DNA of 64,000 nucleotides from Trueperaceae bacterium (lineage in GTDB: Bacteria > Deinococcota > Deinococci > Deinococcales > Trueperaceae), in NCBI GenBank assembly GCA_965215565.1, contig CBDCDZ010000004.1:3008001-3072000 (forward strand). The letters are read 5' to 3'. The notes beneath the pieces are model-generated. The model was not told the origin of the DNA, did not search any database, and worked only from the letters and a program-made list of their open reading frames with translations. Numbering within the stretch: the first letter of the stretch is position 1; each line of letters begins with the position of its first letter. A program made the position numbers and the translations under genes. This document shows, in pieces, positions 17,687 to 27,675 of the stretch.

Positions 17687-18793
17687 GTGCCGAGAACATT
17701 GGTGCCAGACGGGGCAGCGAGACGCAAGCGCTTCCGCAGAGGGAGCACATTTGTACTATTTTTCGTAGGACTCGCGGCGCTTCTAAGCGGCTGCGAACTC
17801 AGTAGCCCGCAGTCCATTATGGAGACCGCCGGGCCTGTCGCGAGAAGTCAGTTGGAGCTGTTCAAATTCACCTTCTGGCTCGCGACGGGCGTGTTCGGGG
17901 TGGTCACAGCGGCGCTCATCTACGCGGTGTGGCAGTATCGCCGCCGCGACAATCAGGAGGACCTCCCACCGCAGGTTCACGGCGTCATGAGTTTAGAGAT
18001 CGCTTGGACGCTCGCGCCTGCTATCGTCCTCGTTATTTTAGGCGTCCCGACCGTCAACCTTATCTTCCAGAACCAGAGCCATATCGGCGAAGCAAATGCC
18101 GCCGACGACGACCTCGTCGTCAACGTCATCGGCTATCAGTGGTGGTGGGAGTTCGAGTACCCCGAACTTGGTATTACCACCGCGAACGAGCTGCATATCC
18201 CAACCGGGCGGCGCGTCGTCCTAAACCTCAACTCGGGAGACGTGCTCCACTCCTTCTGGGTGCCGAAGCTCGCCGGCAAGCGCGACCTCATTCCGAACCA
18301 GGACAATCAACTATGGCTCCAGGCGGACGAGCCCGGCATGTACTACGGGCAGTGCGCCGAACTCTGCTTGACCGCGCACGCTTATATGCGCTTCCGGGTC
18401 ATCGCTAGCGACGAACAGGGGTTCGACACGTGGGTAGCTGCGTTCAACGAAGATACGCAGCAGGTCTCGAGCCAGGCTCAACCCTTCGCCGAAGGAGAGG
18501 CACTCTTCAAGACAAAAGGGTGCGCGAACTGCCACGCGGTGAGCGGCTACGCCATGGGGCAGGGCGCGCCCGATCTGACGAATTTCGGCATGAGACACAC
18601 CATCGCGGCGGGCGTAATAGATAACACGCCGGAGAATTTAGCGGCGTGGCTGGCTGACCCGCAAGCGATCAAGCCGGGCAACTACATGCCGACTTTATGG
18701 GCGGCGGACGACCCCGAACGGGACACGCAGATCGCCGCAATCGTGGCGTATTTAGAGAGCTTAGGCAGCGAAACGCCCCTAGCGAGGAGATAA
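17687..18793 (+). CDS. coxB: Cytochrome c oxidase subunit II, caa3 type (CuA plus fused cytochrome c)
   Basis: YQWWW, DVLHSFW, GQCAELCLTAHAYM and C-terminal CANCH. Confidence 0.95.
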   Translation: MPRTLVPDGAARRKRFRRGSTFVLFFVGLAALLSGCELSSPQSIMETAGPVARSQLELFKFTFWLATGVFGVVTAALIYAVWQYRRRDNQEDLPPQVHGVMSLEIAWTLAPAIVLVILGVPTVNLIFQNQSHIGEANAADDDLVVNVIGYQWWWEFEYPELGITTANELHIPTGRRVVLNLNSGDVLHSFWVPKLAGKRDLIPNQDNQLWLQADEPGMYYGQCAELCLTAHAYMRFRVIASDEQGFDTWVAAFNEDTQQVSSQAQPFAEGEALFKTKGCANCHAVSGYAMGQGAPDLTNFGMRHTIAAGVIDNTPENLAAWLADPQAIKPGNYMPTLWAADDPERDTQIAAIVAYLESLGSETPLARR

Positions 18794-18794
18794 A

Positions 18795-20756
18795 ATGGCC
18801 GTAAGACAACCCCAGAGACCCATAGACTCTCCCCGGACCAAGGGGCTCTTAAAGCGCCCGAATTCGGACACGGGCATCGCCAGTTGGCTCACCACGGTAG
18901 ACCATAAGCGTTTAGGCATCCTCTACTTCGTCACGACGTTCGGCTTCTTTCTGCTCGGCAGCGTCGAAGCCTTTCTGATTCGCCTGCAGCTCGCCGCGCC
19001 GAATCAGCAGATCATCGGACCCGATCTGTATAACCAAATCTTCACCATGCACGGGCTCACCATGATCTTCTTGGCGGTGATGCCACTGGGTACAGCGTTT
19101 GCCAACTACTTCGTGCCGCTGATGATCGGGGCGCGTGACCTGGCGTTTCCGCGTCTCAACGCCTTTGGCTACTGGGCTTATCTGGCGGGCGGGCTGATTC
19201 TGTACTCGAGCTTTCTCTTAGGCGGCGCACCCGACGCGGGCTGGTTCGCCTACGCGCCGATGACCCAAACGGCGTACACGCCGGGCACCGGCATCGACTT
19301 CTACCTGATAGGTCTACTCATCAGCGGTATCGGCACGCTCGTCACCGCGATGAACCTCATTGTCACGATTCTCAACATGCGCGCTCCTGGCATGACCATG
19401 ATGCGGATGCCGCTCTTTCCCTGGATGATGCTCGTGACCGCTTTCTTGGTCATCTTCGCCTTCCCGCCGCTGACCATCGCGCTCGTGCAGGTCTTCATGG
19501 ACCGCAGCTTCGGCACGCTCTTTTTCAACCCTGAGGGCGGCGGAATGCCGATTCTATGGCAGCACCTCTTCTGGGTCTTCGGCCACCCAGAGGTCTACAT
19601 CGTCATCTTGCCCGCATTCGGCGTCATCAGCGAGGTCATCCCGACCTTCTCGCGCAAGCCGCTTTTCGGCTACCCAATGGTGGTTTTGGCGGGCATCTTC
19701 ATCGGCTTCATGGGCTTCGCGGTGTGGAGCCACCACATGTTCACGACAGGGCTTGGTGCGGTGGCGGCGTCTGCGTTTGCCATTACGAGCTTCGTTATCG
19801 CCGTACCGACGGGCATCAAAATCTTTAACTGGATCGCGACGATGTGGCTCGGACACATCCGCTTTACCACCGCGATGCTCTTCGCCATCGCCTTTATCTT
19901 CACCTTCACGCTGGGCGGCATCACGGGCATCATGGTGGCGGTGCCCTCCTTCGACGCGCAGGCGCAAGACTCCTACTTCGTCGTGGCGCACTTTCACTAC
20001 GTGATGGGGGGCGGGGCGCTTCTCTCGTTCTTCGCTGGGATTTACTACTGGTTCCCCAAGATGACGGGTAAACTGCTCAACGAAACCGTGGGCAAGTGGG
20101 TTTTCGGGCTCACGGTGGGCGGCTTTCACCTCGTGTTCTTCCCGCAACACTTCTTGGGGCTCATGGGAATGCCGCGCCGCATCCAGACCTACGACGCGGA
20201 TTTGGGTTGGAACCTCTACAACCTCATCTCGACCTCGGGCGTGTTCATCCTTGGCGCGGGCGTCTTGCTGTTTCTTTATAGCCTCTTGCGCGACTACCGC
20301 TACGGCGAAGAAGCGGGCGACGACCCCTGGGACGGACGGACGCTCGAGTGGAGCATCTCCTCCCCGCCTCCCCATTTCGACTTTGCCGAATTGCCTGTCG
20401 TCGAGGACCGCGACCCGGTCTGGCTCGCCAAGCACCCAGAACTCTTAGAGAGCCGCGACGACGTTTCTGAAAGCGCTGATGAAGACGAAGCTGCCACGAC
20501 ATTGCCCCCGAGCGACGAGGGTATTCATATTCCCGGGCAGTCCTGGTATCCCTTCATCATGTCCGTCGGGCTCTTTATCGGCGGCTTCGGCGCGATCTAC
20601 CACAACTGGGTACTCGGTATATTCAGCTTAGTTATTGTCACGCTCAGCACCTACGCTTGGGCGTTCGAGGGGCTCGGCGGTCATCACGTCCACCCCACCG
20701 AGAGCGATTTGCGCGACAGCGGGATCAGCAGATTGCGGGAGGATCACGCACAATGA
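18795..20756 (+). CDS. ctaD: Cytochrome c oxidase subunit I
   Basis: TMHG, GHPEVY, VWSHHMF and VAHFHY motifs. Confidence 0.97.
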   Translation: MAVRQPQRPIDSPRTKGLLKRPNSDTGIASWLTTVDHKRLGILYFVTTFGFFLLGSVEAFLIRLQLAAPNQQIIGPDLYNQIFTMHGLTMIFLAVMPLGTAFANYFVPLMIGARDLAFPRLNAFGYWAYLAGGLILYSSFLLGGAPDAGWFAYAPMTQTAYTPGTGIDFYLIGLLISGIGTLVTAMNLIVTILNMRAPGMTMMRMPLFPWMMLVTAFLVIFAFPPLTIALVQVFMDRSFGTLFFNPEGGGMPILWQHLFWVFGHPEVYIVILPAFGVISEVIPTFSRKPLFGYPMVVLAGIFIGFMGFAVWSHHMFTTGLGAVAASAFAITSFVIAVPTGIKIFNWIATMWLGHIRFTTAMLFAIAFIFTFTLGGITGIMVAVPSFDAQAQDSYFVVAHFHYVMGGGALLSFFAGIYYWFPKMTGKLLNETVGKWVFGLTVGGFHLVFFPQHFLGLMGMPRRIQTYDADLGWNLYNLISTSGVFILGAGVLLFLYSLLRDYRYGEEAGDDPWDGRTLEWSISSPPPHFDFAELPVVEDRDPVWLAKHPELLESRDDVSESADEDEAATTLPPSDEGIHIPGQSWYPFIMSVGLFIGGFGAIYHNWVLGIFSLVIVTLSTYAWAFEGLGGHHVHPTESDLRDSGISRLREDHAQ

Positions 20757-21379
20757 CCTCTTCTTCTCACAGCGCGCCGCAAACCTCTACCGCCAACGTC
20801 GAGCACGGCGAATACCGCAGCACCAAGCTCGCCGACCGCAAGCTCATGATGTGGATTTTCTTAGCGTCGGACTGCATGTTCTTCGGCGCGCTCATCGGCA
20901 CCTACATCGTCTACAACGGGCGCAGTTTAGAGGGACCCTATCCGACGGATGTGTTCGATATTCCTCTCACAACGGTTAGCACCTTCGTTCTCCTGATGAG
21001 TTCGTTTTTGATGGTGCTGGCGCTGCACGCTCTACGTGAAAACGACATCCCCAAGTTTCGCCTTTGGACGCTGGGCGTATGCGTGTTCGGTTCCATCTTC
21101 TTAGGCTTTCAGGTCTTCGAGTTTCGCCACTTCGTCCACGAGGGTTTGACGTTGCAGCAAAACCTTTTCGGGACGACCTTCTTTACCCTCACCGGCACGC
21201 ACGGAATTCACGTCACGATCGGGGTGCTCTGGCTCCTGTCCATCCTCGTCGCGTCGTATATCCGCCCTGTCAGCAGCAAAGATGCGCTCAGCTTGGAGAT
21301 TGCGGGGCTGTACTGGCACTTCGTTGACATCGTCTGGATCGTTATCTTTACGGTGGTTTACCTGATCGAGTTTCTCTAA
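20753..21379 (+). CDS. ctaE: Cytochrome c oxidase subunit III
   Basis: WIFLASD, TGTHGIHV and LYWHFVD; ATGA overlap with subunit I. Confidence 0.93.
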   Translation: MTSSSHSAPQTSTANVEHGEYRSTKLADRKLMMWIFLASDCMFFGALIGTYIVYNGRSLEGPYPTDVFDIPLTTVSTFVLLMSSFLMVLALHALRENDIPKFRLWTLGVCVFGSIFLGFQVFEFRHFVHEGLTLQQNLFGTTFFTLTGTHGIHVTIGVLWLLSILVASYIRPVSSKDALSLEIAGLYWHFVDIVWIVIFTVVYLIEFL

Positions 21380-21519
21380 GTTGTCCAGAGTTGACGTTGC
21401 GAAGGATTAGAGCGAAAGGCTAAAGGTTGAATAGCTTCGTCAACTCGTTTGAACTAAAACATCCGACTAGAATAGAAGTAAAATTTCCCACTCTTCCACA
21501 CGCTTGAAAGGTTTTTAAG

Positions 21520-23262
21520 TTGAGTCAAGAACCCAATAGTCACCAAGGGCACGAGGGCGGCTCGAGCGTCCGTACTTACGTCATCATCGCGCTTATCTTA
21601 GCGGCGATCACCTACATCGAATTTGCGCTCATCGAGTATGAGTTTGCCTTCCTAGACCGCACCACGACGCTCGTTACTTTAGTCGTGCTCTCAGTCCTCA
21701 AGTTCGTCCTGGTGGTAATGTTTTTCATGCACTTAAAGGACGACGACAATATTCTCACAGGTTTTTTCAGTTCCGGCATGGTCATCGCGGTGGGGACGCT
21801 CGTGGCGCTCTCCTTGCTCTTTACCGTGCGGAGCCTCTCGTACGCGCAGACGCCGCAAGAGGAGCAAGCCGAACTCGTGCAAGCGATTGGCGACGGCGAG
21901 CACGTCTATCAAGAGAACTGCATTAGCTGTCACCAAGCGAACGGGCACGGCGTCGTAGGCGCAGTTCCGCCGCACATCGGTCACACGCCCTATCTTGCGC
22001 AAGCGACAGGCGAAGGTGTTGGTGGGCGCGAGTACATGATCAACGTCGTGTTGCACGGCTTAGAAGGTCAGATCGTCGCGCGGGGAGAACAGTACGACGG
22101 CATCATGCCGCCCTACGACCACCTAAGCGACGAAGAAATTTCAGAAGTTTTGAACTACAGCGTCAACGCTTGGGGCAATCAGACGATCTTGCCGGAGAAC
22201 TTCCAGTTCTTCACTCCCGAAGAGGTCGCTGAGGTGCGCAGTGCGAACAGCGAACTCAGCTCTTTTGACGTCTACAAACTGCGTAGCGCGCTCGACATTC
22301 CCGAAGGACCGGAGCCGTTGACCAGAGCAAGAGACCTCGCCACCTACTTCAACACGCCACCGCCCAAAACGCTCGACGTGCGCCAAATTAACATCGATCC
22401 TGGCAGCTATATTGATTACACACGCGAAAGCGAGCCAGAGATGGCGGATGAGGACAGTAGCGGCGAAGGTCCAGATGACGTGATGGGCGAAATAGGCGAC
22501 GATGTGGGTAGCCCCGAGGCGGACACGGTCCAGGGTATCCGCGACGAAGACCAGGACCCGCTCTACGAGGGCGAAACTGGTACGGGCGAGGTCGTGGACG
22601 GCGCGGCGCTTAATAATCCGCCAGAGCTGCCCGCCGAAACCGTTGCGCCTAACATCTTATTGGAGCCCGCCCAAAACAATACCAACATCAACTTGGAGAG
22701 CCCCTTCGCCGCTGACGGTAGTCTCAGACAAGGGGGCGAGCAGCAACAAAACCAGCAGGATCAACAGCAAAACCAGCAACAGGACCAGCCGCAAGGAGGT
22801 CAAGACCCGCAGCAAGCGCAAGGTGGTGGACAGGAGACGCAAGCTGCGCAAACCTCATTCGATTGGCAACAACTCGGTGAGCAAGCCTACTCGAACTGCA
22901 CGAGTTGTCACCAAGCCGACGGTCAGGGTATCGTGGGTGCGTTCCCGCCGCTTGCAGGGCATTTGCCCTCGGTCTACAACGTCGACGGCGGCCGCGAGTA
23001 CATCATCAACGTGCTCCTCTACGGTTTGCAGGGCGAAATTCAGATTGACGGGCAGAGCTATAACGGTGTTATGACCGCCTGGGGGCAGCTCAGCAACGAG
23101 GAGATCGCCGCTGTGATCAACCACGAGTTGACCACGTGGGGCAACGAGTCGGCGCTGCAAAACTTTCAGCCGATTCAGCCGGACGAAGTCGAGGCGCTAC
23201 GCGGACAGGGCCTAAGCGCAACTGACGTTTACAACATTCGCCAAGGGCTGAACCTCCAGTAA
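21520..23262 (+). CDS. Oxidase subunit IV-like membrane domain fused to two cytochrome c552-like domains
   Basis: N-terminal 3 TM with KFVLVVMFFMHLK; CISCH and CTSCH domains each with GGREY..VLxGLxG; acidic and Gln-rich linker. Confidence 0.85.
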   Translation: MSQEPNSHQGHEGGSSVRTYVIIALILAAITYIEFALIEYEFAFLDRTTTLVTLVVLSVLKFVLVVMFFMHLKDDDNILTGFFSSGMVIAVGTLVALSLLFTVRSLSYAQTPQEEQAELVQAIGDGEHVYQENCISCHQANGHGVVGAVPPHIGHTPYLAQATGEGVGGREYMINVVLHGLEGQIVARGEQYDGIMPPYDHLSDEEISEVLNYSVNAWGNQTILPENFQFFTPEEVAEVRSANSELSSFDVYKLRSALDIPEGPEPLTRARDLATYFNTPPPKTLDVRQINIDPGSYIDYTRESEPEMADEDSSGEGPDDVMGEIGDDVGSPEADTVQGIRDEDQDPLYEGETGTGEVVDGAALNNPPELPAETVAPNILLEPAQNNTNINLESPFAADGSLRQGGEQQQNQQDQQQNQQQDQPQGGQDPQQAQGGGQETQAAQTSFDWQQLGEQAYSNCTSCHQADGQGIVGAFPPLAGHLPSVYNVDGGREYIINVLLYGLQGEIQIDGQSYNGVMTAWGQLSNEEIAAVINHELTTWGNESALQNFQPIQPDEVEALRGQGLSATDVYNIRQGLNLQ

Positions 23263-23264
23263 CT

Positions 23265-24059
23265 ATGCCCTGGCTGCTCGACCCGGCGCTACTCGGCACG
23301 CTCCTAACCGCAGGGCTTTTGTACGGTCTTGCGGTGGGTCCTTTACGTTACCGTTTAGCGCCCGGAGCGGCTTTTCCGGGGCGACAAGCGGCGCTTTTTT
23401 ACGGCGCGCTCGTCTTAACCTACCTCGCGGAGGGTTCGCCGCTCCACACGCTCGCGGAGTCCTACCTCTTTAGCGCGCACATGTTTCAACATCTCCTCTT
23501 GAGCTATCTCATCCCGCCGCTCCTCATCTGGGGTACGCCCGACTGGTTGCTCAGGCACCTCTTGCTGAACCACTGGGTCAGACCCGCCGCTGAGTTTTTC
23601 ACCCAGCCCATCGTCGCCTTTGTGACGTTCAGCCTCTTCTTCTCACTCTGGCACCTGCCGCCTTTTTACGAAGGGGCGCTACAAAACGCAGGGTTGCACC
23701 ATCTCGAGCACGTCCTCTTCCTGCTCTCTTCTATCCTCTTGTGGTGGCCCCTCATGAGCCCACTCAAGGAACTCCCGCGCCTTCCCTACGGCGGACAGCT
23801 CGTCTACCTCTTCGTCTTACCGATTGCGCAGGTTTTAGCGTTCGGCGCGATCACCTTTGCCGACTCAGTGCTCTATCCAACCTACGCCGCCGCGCCAAGG
23901 ATTTGGCTCGACCCGCTCGCGGACCAAGCCCTGGGCGGCGCGGTCATGAAGGTCAGCAGCTTGTTCGCCTTCGGCATCCCCTTCGTCGTGATCTTCTTCC
24001 GCTGGTACCAAGAGGAGAATCCTTCGGCGCGTCGCAGGGAGCCGCGTAAAGTTTCCTAG
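23265..24059 (+). CDS. ctaG: caa3-type oxidase assembly factor
   Basis: SPLH..AESYLFSAHMFQHLLL, WHLP and DQALGGAVM. Confidence 0.88.
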   Translation: MPWLLDPALLGTLLTAGLLYGLAVGPLRYRLAPGAAFPGRQAALFYGALVLTYLAEGSPLHTLAESYLFSAHMFQHLLLSYLIPPLLIWGTPDWLLRHLLLNHWVRPAAEFFTQPIVAFVTFSLFFSLWHLPPFYEGALQNAGLHHLEHVLFLLSSILLWWPLMSPLKELPRLPYGGQLVYLFVLPIAQVLAFGAITFADSVLYPTYAAAPRIWLDPLADQALGGAVMKVSSLFAFGIPFVVIFFRWYQEENPSARRREPRKVS

Positions 24060-24064
24060 TTCAG

Positions 24065-24130
24065 TAGTGGCTCTGTCTGGAATGACGTTGATGTCGTAGC
24101 AAGGGGTTGAAACCCCTTGCTTTATCACAC
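24065..24130 (+). repeat. REP-like hairpin repeat, copy 1
   Basis: TAGTGGCTCT...GATGTC...GCAAGGGGTTGAAACCCCTTGC...ATCACA; inverted copy at 35875-35938. Confidence 0.7.
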
Positions 24131-24226
24131 AGCGACATTCGACTTAAAACCACTACCCTTAGTTCTTCTCGTTTCGGCTGCGCCTTACGGTTCACATGGT
24201 CTCACTCTGTGCGTTATCCTCTCCTT

Positions 24227-24853
24227 ATGTCAACTAACATCACCGCCATCGCCTTTGACTGGGGCGGTATCTTTACCCAAGGCACCTTCGACAGCAGCGC
24301 CGTCGCGAACCTCGCTAAAGTTACCGGAACTTCCGAGGAGAGAATCGCTGAGACCTACTACCCTTTAATGGAGCACTTCGAAGTGGGCGCGTTCGACTTT
24401 CCGGAGTTTCATAGACGCTTCGCCGAAGGGACGAGCTTAGCGCTCAATGAAAATACCTTCCGCAAAACGTTCTTGGGCTCGGTGCGTGAACGCTCCACAA
24501 TGTTCGACGTATTGAATGCGGTTCCACGGGACTACACCGTCGGGATGCTCTCCAACAACGTCCCTGTTCTTTGCGACACGGTGCGAGACGACCCGCGCAT
24601 GGACCGCTTCAAGCACTTCGTCTTCTCCAACGAAATCGGTGTGAGGAAGCCCGACGCGGCGGCGTTCGCTAAGCTGAGCGAGGCGCTGGGTCATCCGCCC
24701 GAGCAAACCGTCTTCATCGACGACAACGAGGCGAACATCGCCGCGTGTAACGAGTTGGGCTATCAGGGCATCTTGCTCGACAGCTTTGAGAATTTCGCGG
24801 CGCGTTTTCAGGAGCGTTTACCCGACATTTCTCTACCTGACTCCGTCAAGTGA
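24227..24853 (+). CDS. HAD-family phosphatase
   Basis: AFDWGG, LSNN, RKPD and FIDD motifs; TATCCT 6 nt before ATG 24227. Confidence 0.88.
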   Translation: MSTNITAIAFDWGGIFTQGTFDSSAVANLAKVTGTSEERIAETYYPLMEHFEVGAFDFPEFHRRFAEGTSLALNENTFRKTFLGSVRERSTMFDVLNAVPRDYTVGMLSNNVPVLCDTVRDDPRMDRFKHFVFSNEIGVRKPDAAAFAKLSEALGHPPEQTVFIDDNEANIAACNELGYQGILLDSFENFAARFQERLPDISLPDSVK

Positions 24854-25203
24854 GCGAAGAGGAGCGCGCCAAAGAATACTCTGAAGCGCGCGCCGTCAAG
24901 CTCTTGCAGGGCTACATTTGGTATCCCCGAGGGGAAGAGGTCGAGCTGAGCGACTATCTCCCTGAGCGCTTAGGCGACGTGCACCTCTTGTGGGACGAGG
25001 TGCGCCCGCCCTTCACGTTTTTTGACGACGGCACGCTCGCCGCAACGCAGCACATCGTTCAGTTCACGGTGTTCAAAGAGGTGGAGAGCGGCGAAGACCC
25101 GCAGCGGCTGGTGCCCTGGCTCGCGGAGACGTTGCAGGAGAGACTCAACGCGACGCCGCCTTCGGTGGGGTGGCAGGTGTTCGAGGATTTGCGAGAGGTG
25201 TAG
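24850..25203 (+). CDS. DUF3208-like Deinococcota protein
   Basis: AVKLLQGYIWYP...LLWDEVRPPFTFFDDGT...QFTV pattern. Confidence 0.7.
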   Translation: MSEEERAKEYSEARAVKLLQGYIWYPRGEEVELSDYLPERLGDVHLLWDEVRPPFTFFDDGTLAATQHIVQFTVFKEVESGEDPQRLVPWLAETLQERLNATPPSVGWQVFEDLREV

Positions 25204-25252
25204 CAGGCGTCCCCTGCTGGTGATAACCTCTTCGGGCGACGCGGATCAGACG

Positions 25253-25657
25253 CTACGTCTTCACCCGGCTCGCGCGGCGCGCTTCACGCTCGAGTCCCAT
25301 CTCGGCGTACGCCCGGTAGAGGTTCCGCGTTCTGAGAAGACCGTAAGCCCACTGCGCAACGTAGAGAAGCCAAAAACCGACGCTCGTGTAGCGCCGAAAC
25401 TGCTCGGTGTGGACGGCTTCATGTGCCAAGAGTTGTGGGCTTCGATACCCCTTCACAATCAAGATCGTTTCGCCCCAGGTCTGCGCAACGGCTTTGAAGC
25501 CAAACGCGGGGAGCGCGTCCACCTCATAGATGCGTTCATCTGGTTGGGCTCGCAAGAGGTAAGCGAAGGCGCGCCCGGTGAGCGTCGCCAGAAAGGGGCG
25601 TGAGGCAAGCTTCTCGAGCCCGCCCGCGAGTCCGAAGAGGAAAAGTGTCCAGAGCAT
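25253..25657 (-). CDS. Small putative zinc metallopeptidase-like protein (DUF4157-like)
   Basis: AQTWG...LLAHEAVHTEQ...LEREA. Confidence 0.6.
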   Translation of the reverse strand: MLWTLFLFGLAGGLEKLASRPFLATLTGRAFAYLLRAQPDERIYEVDALPAFGFKAVAQTWGETILIVKGYRSPQLLAHEAVHTEQFRRYTSVGFWLLYVAQWAYGLLRTRNLYRAYAEMGLEREARRASRVKT

Positions 25658-25723
25658 GATGAGGAAAGTTTAGCCCAAAGGCTCGGGTTCGATATGGTTT
25701 CCACTTGACGCTGAACCCGTATA

Positions 25724-25857
25724 TAGCAGGTATCAAAATCTGTCTCGCAAAGCTCGGAGCTGGTTTGAGCCAATCTCACACGATAGAACAACGACTAGCA
25801 CGCACATTATCGGATAATATCTGCGCTATTTCAGTCCAATACTTCTGATAACCGCTA
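25724..25857. mobile_element. MITE copy A (134 bp) with TA duplication
   Basis: Ends TAGCAGGTATCA / TGATAACCGCTA, flanked by TA on both sides; near-identical to 48101-48211. Confidence 0.85.
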
Positions 25858-25867
25858 TAGTACCTCT

Positions 25868-26785
25868 ATGGCAAAACGCATCTTAGTTATCGGCAGCCTC
25901 AACATGGACCTGGTACTCAACGTAGCGCACCACCCGGAGCCGGGCGACACGGTTTTAGGGGGCGACTTGCAGACCTTTCCGGGCGGCAAGGGGGCAAATC
26001 AGGCGGTTGCCGCTGCCAGGGCGGGCGGCGACACAGGCGGAAACGTCGCGATGTTGGGGTTCGTCGGGACGGACAGCTACGGGAGCACGCTTCTAGAGAG
26101 CCTAGCTAAAGCTGGCGTAGACGCTAAAGCAATCCAGCAAATTTCAGGACCGAGTGGTGTGGCGCTCATCGCTATTGACGGAGCGGGCGAGAACACCATC
26201 ATTGTGAGCCCCGGCGCGAATGGCAAGCTGACACCTGACCCTATCTCCGAGGACCTCTTTGACGGGGCGGCGCTCGTGCTGATGCAGCTCGAGATTCCCT
26301 TAGAGACTGTTCGAGAGGTCGCGGCGCAGGCGCAGACGAGAGGTGTCGCGGTTATGTTCAACGCCGCGCCCGTCCAAGACTTGCCCGCCGACCTCTTATC
26401 CAACCTCACCTACCTCGTGCTCAACGAGGGCGAGGCGGCGTTCCTGAGCGGTCAAGGCGTAACGGACGAGGCGTCGGCGCGAGAAGCAGCCAAGAAGTTG
26501 CGCTCGGACGGCGTGAACGCGGTCGTCATCACATTAGGCGCGCAGGGCGTCGTCTGGTCAGCGGCTGAGAGCGAGGGGCACCTGCCAGCGCACGACGTCG
26601 AAGTGATCGATACGACCGCATCGGGCGACGCCTTTTGCGGCGCGCTCGCCGTGCGTTTAGCGGCTGATTACAGCTTAGAGGACGCGCTGCGCTTTGCGAA
26701 CGCGGCGGGCGCGCTCGCGGCCACGAAGAAGGGCGCGCAGCCGAGCTTGCCGAGCGCGAGTGAGATAGAGAGGTTGATGAAATAG
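25868..26785 (+). CDS. rbsK: Ribokinase (PfkB family)
   Basis: GSLNMDL, GGKGANQAVAAAR and DTTASGDAF. Confidence 0.9.
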   Translation: MAKRILVIGSLNMDLVLNVAHHPEPGDTVLGGDLQTFPGGKGANQAVAAARAGGDTGGNVAMLGFVGTDSYGSTLLESLAKAGVDAKAIQQISGPSGVALIAIDGAGENTIIVSPGANGKLTPDPISEDLFDGAALVLMQLEIPLETVREVAAQAQTRGVAVMFNAAPVQDLPADLLSNLTYLVLNEGEAAFLSGQGVTDEASAREAAKKLRSDGVNAVVITLGAQGVVWSAAESEGHLPAHDVEVIDTTASGDAFCGALAVRLAADYSLEDALRFANAAGALAATKKGAQPSLPSASEIERLMK

Positions 26786-27675
26786 TGAATAGGAAGAGCC
26801 GGAGAGGAGCTTATCTTTAGAGGATCGACTCACCGCCGGGAGTGCGTTTCGGCTGGGGCGCAGGGTCACTCACCTTCTACGTCTTGAAGATGTTATACGG
26901 ATTCTAGTTAATTACTGCATAAACTCCGACACTGCGTGCTTCGCTATCGGCGGAGTTGGTTCCGCAATCACCGGAACCCGTAGTTTTTTCAACTCGCTGA
27001 AGAGTCCTCAACTGCCAGCGGGAGCGAACTAGCCCCAAAGGCTAGCGATAGTACGGGCAAAGCCCGCCCCGTTGGGGCTAGTACGGAGCGGTCCACGCGA
27101 CGCGGGCTTTGCCCGTTCTAGGGTCCACGTGACTGCGTATCACGCCGTTATAAAAGCTCGTTGCTTCCATCTGAAGATGCAACGGCAGGGCGACCTGCCC
27201 GTAACGCTACCTCCAGTTGAGGACTCCTTGCTCGAGTTGATTCTTTTAGGAAGTGACTGGAAACGGTATCAATCATAAGCGCCAACCCACACCTCAGCAA
27301 AGGCGATCGGCTCATAGCTACAAAAGAGATTGCGACCCAAACTCAGTTATTTAGTTGCGCCCGCTAGTCCTAGGAGAAATGCAAAGCGCGGCTAATATAT
27401 CTTTGGTGAAGGTGTCCGAATAACAGCGTAGATGCTCAACGGTGCTGCAGCGCTATCTGCGAGGTCGGTCCACCTTACGCGACTTCACAAAGCCCCCTTA
27501 GCAAGGGACCAAGTCGCGCGCCAGTTCAACTTGTTGTACCGACCCACCTCGCAGTGTTCACGTCCCACTGCGCATTTTGATGCGGCGCGTTATAGAGATG
27601 AGGGTTTGTGCACAGAGCTATACTCGAGTCCGTGAATCTTCCCCTTTTGAGCCCTCAGTGAAGGAGCGAAATCGC

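Noticed and set aside
19554..20435. 293-aa minus-strand ORF and other short overlapping ORFs in the cox operon
   Set aside because: Shadow frames of strongly conserved oxidase genes.
22735..22850. CAG/CAA-rich tandem-like repeat
   Set aside because: It encodes the Gln-rich protein linker; not a CRISPR array or independent DNA repeat.
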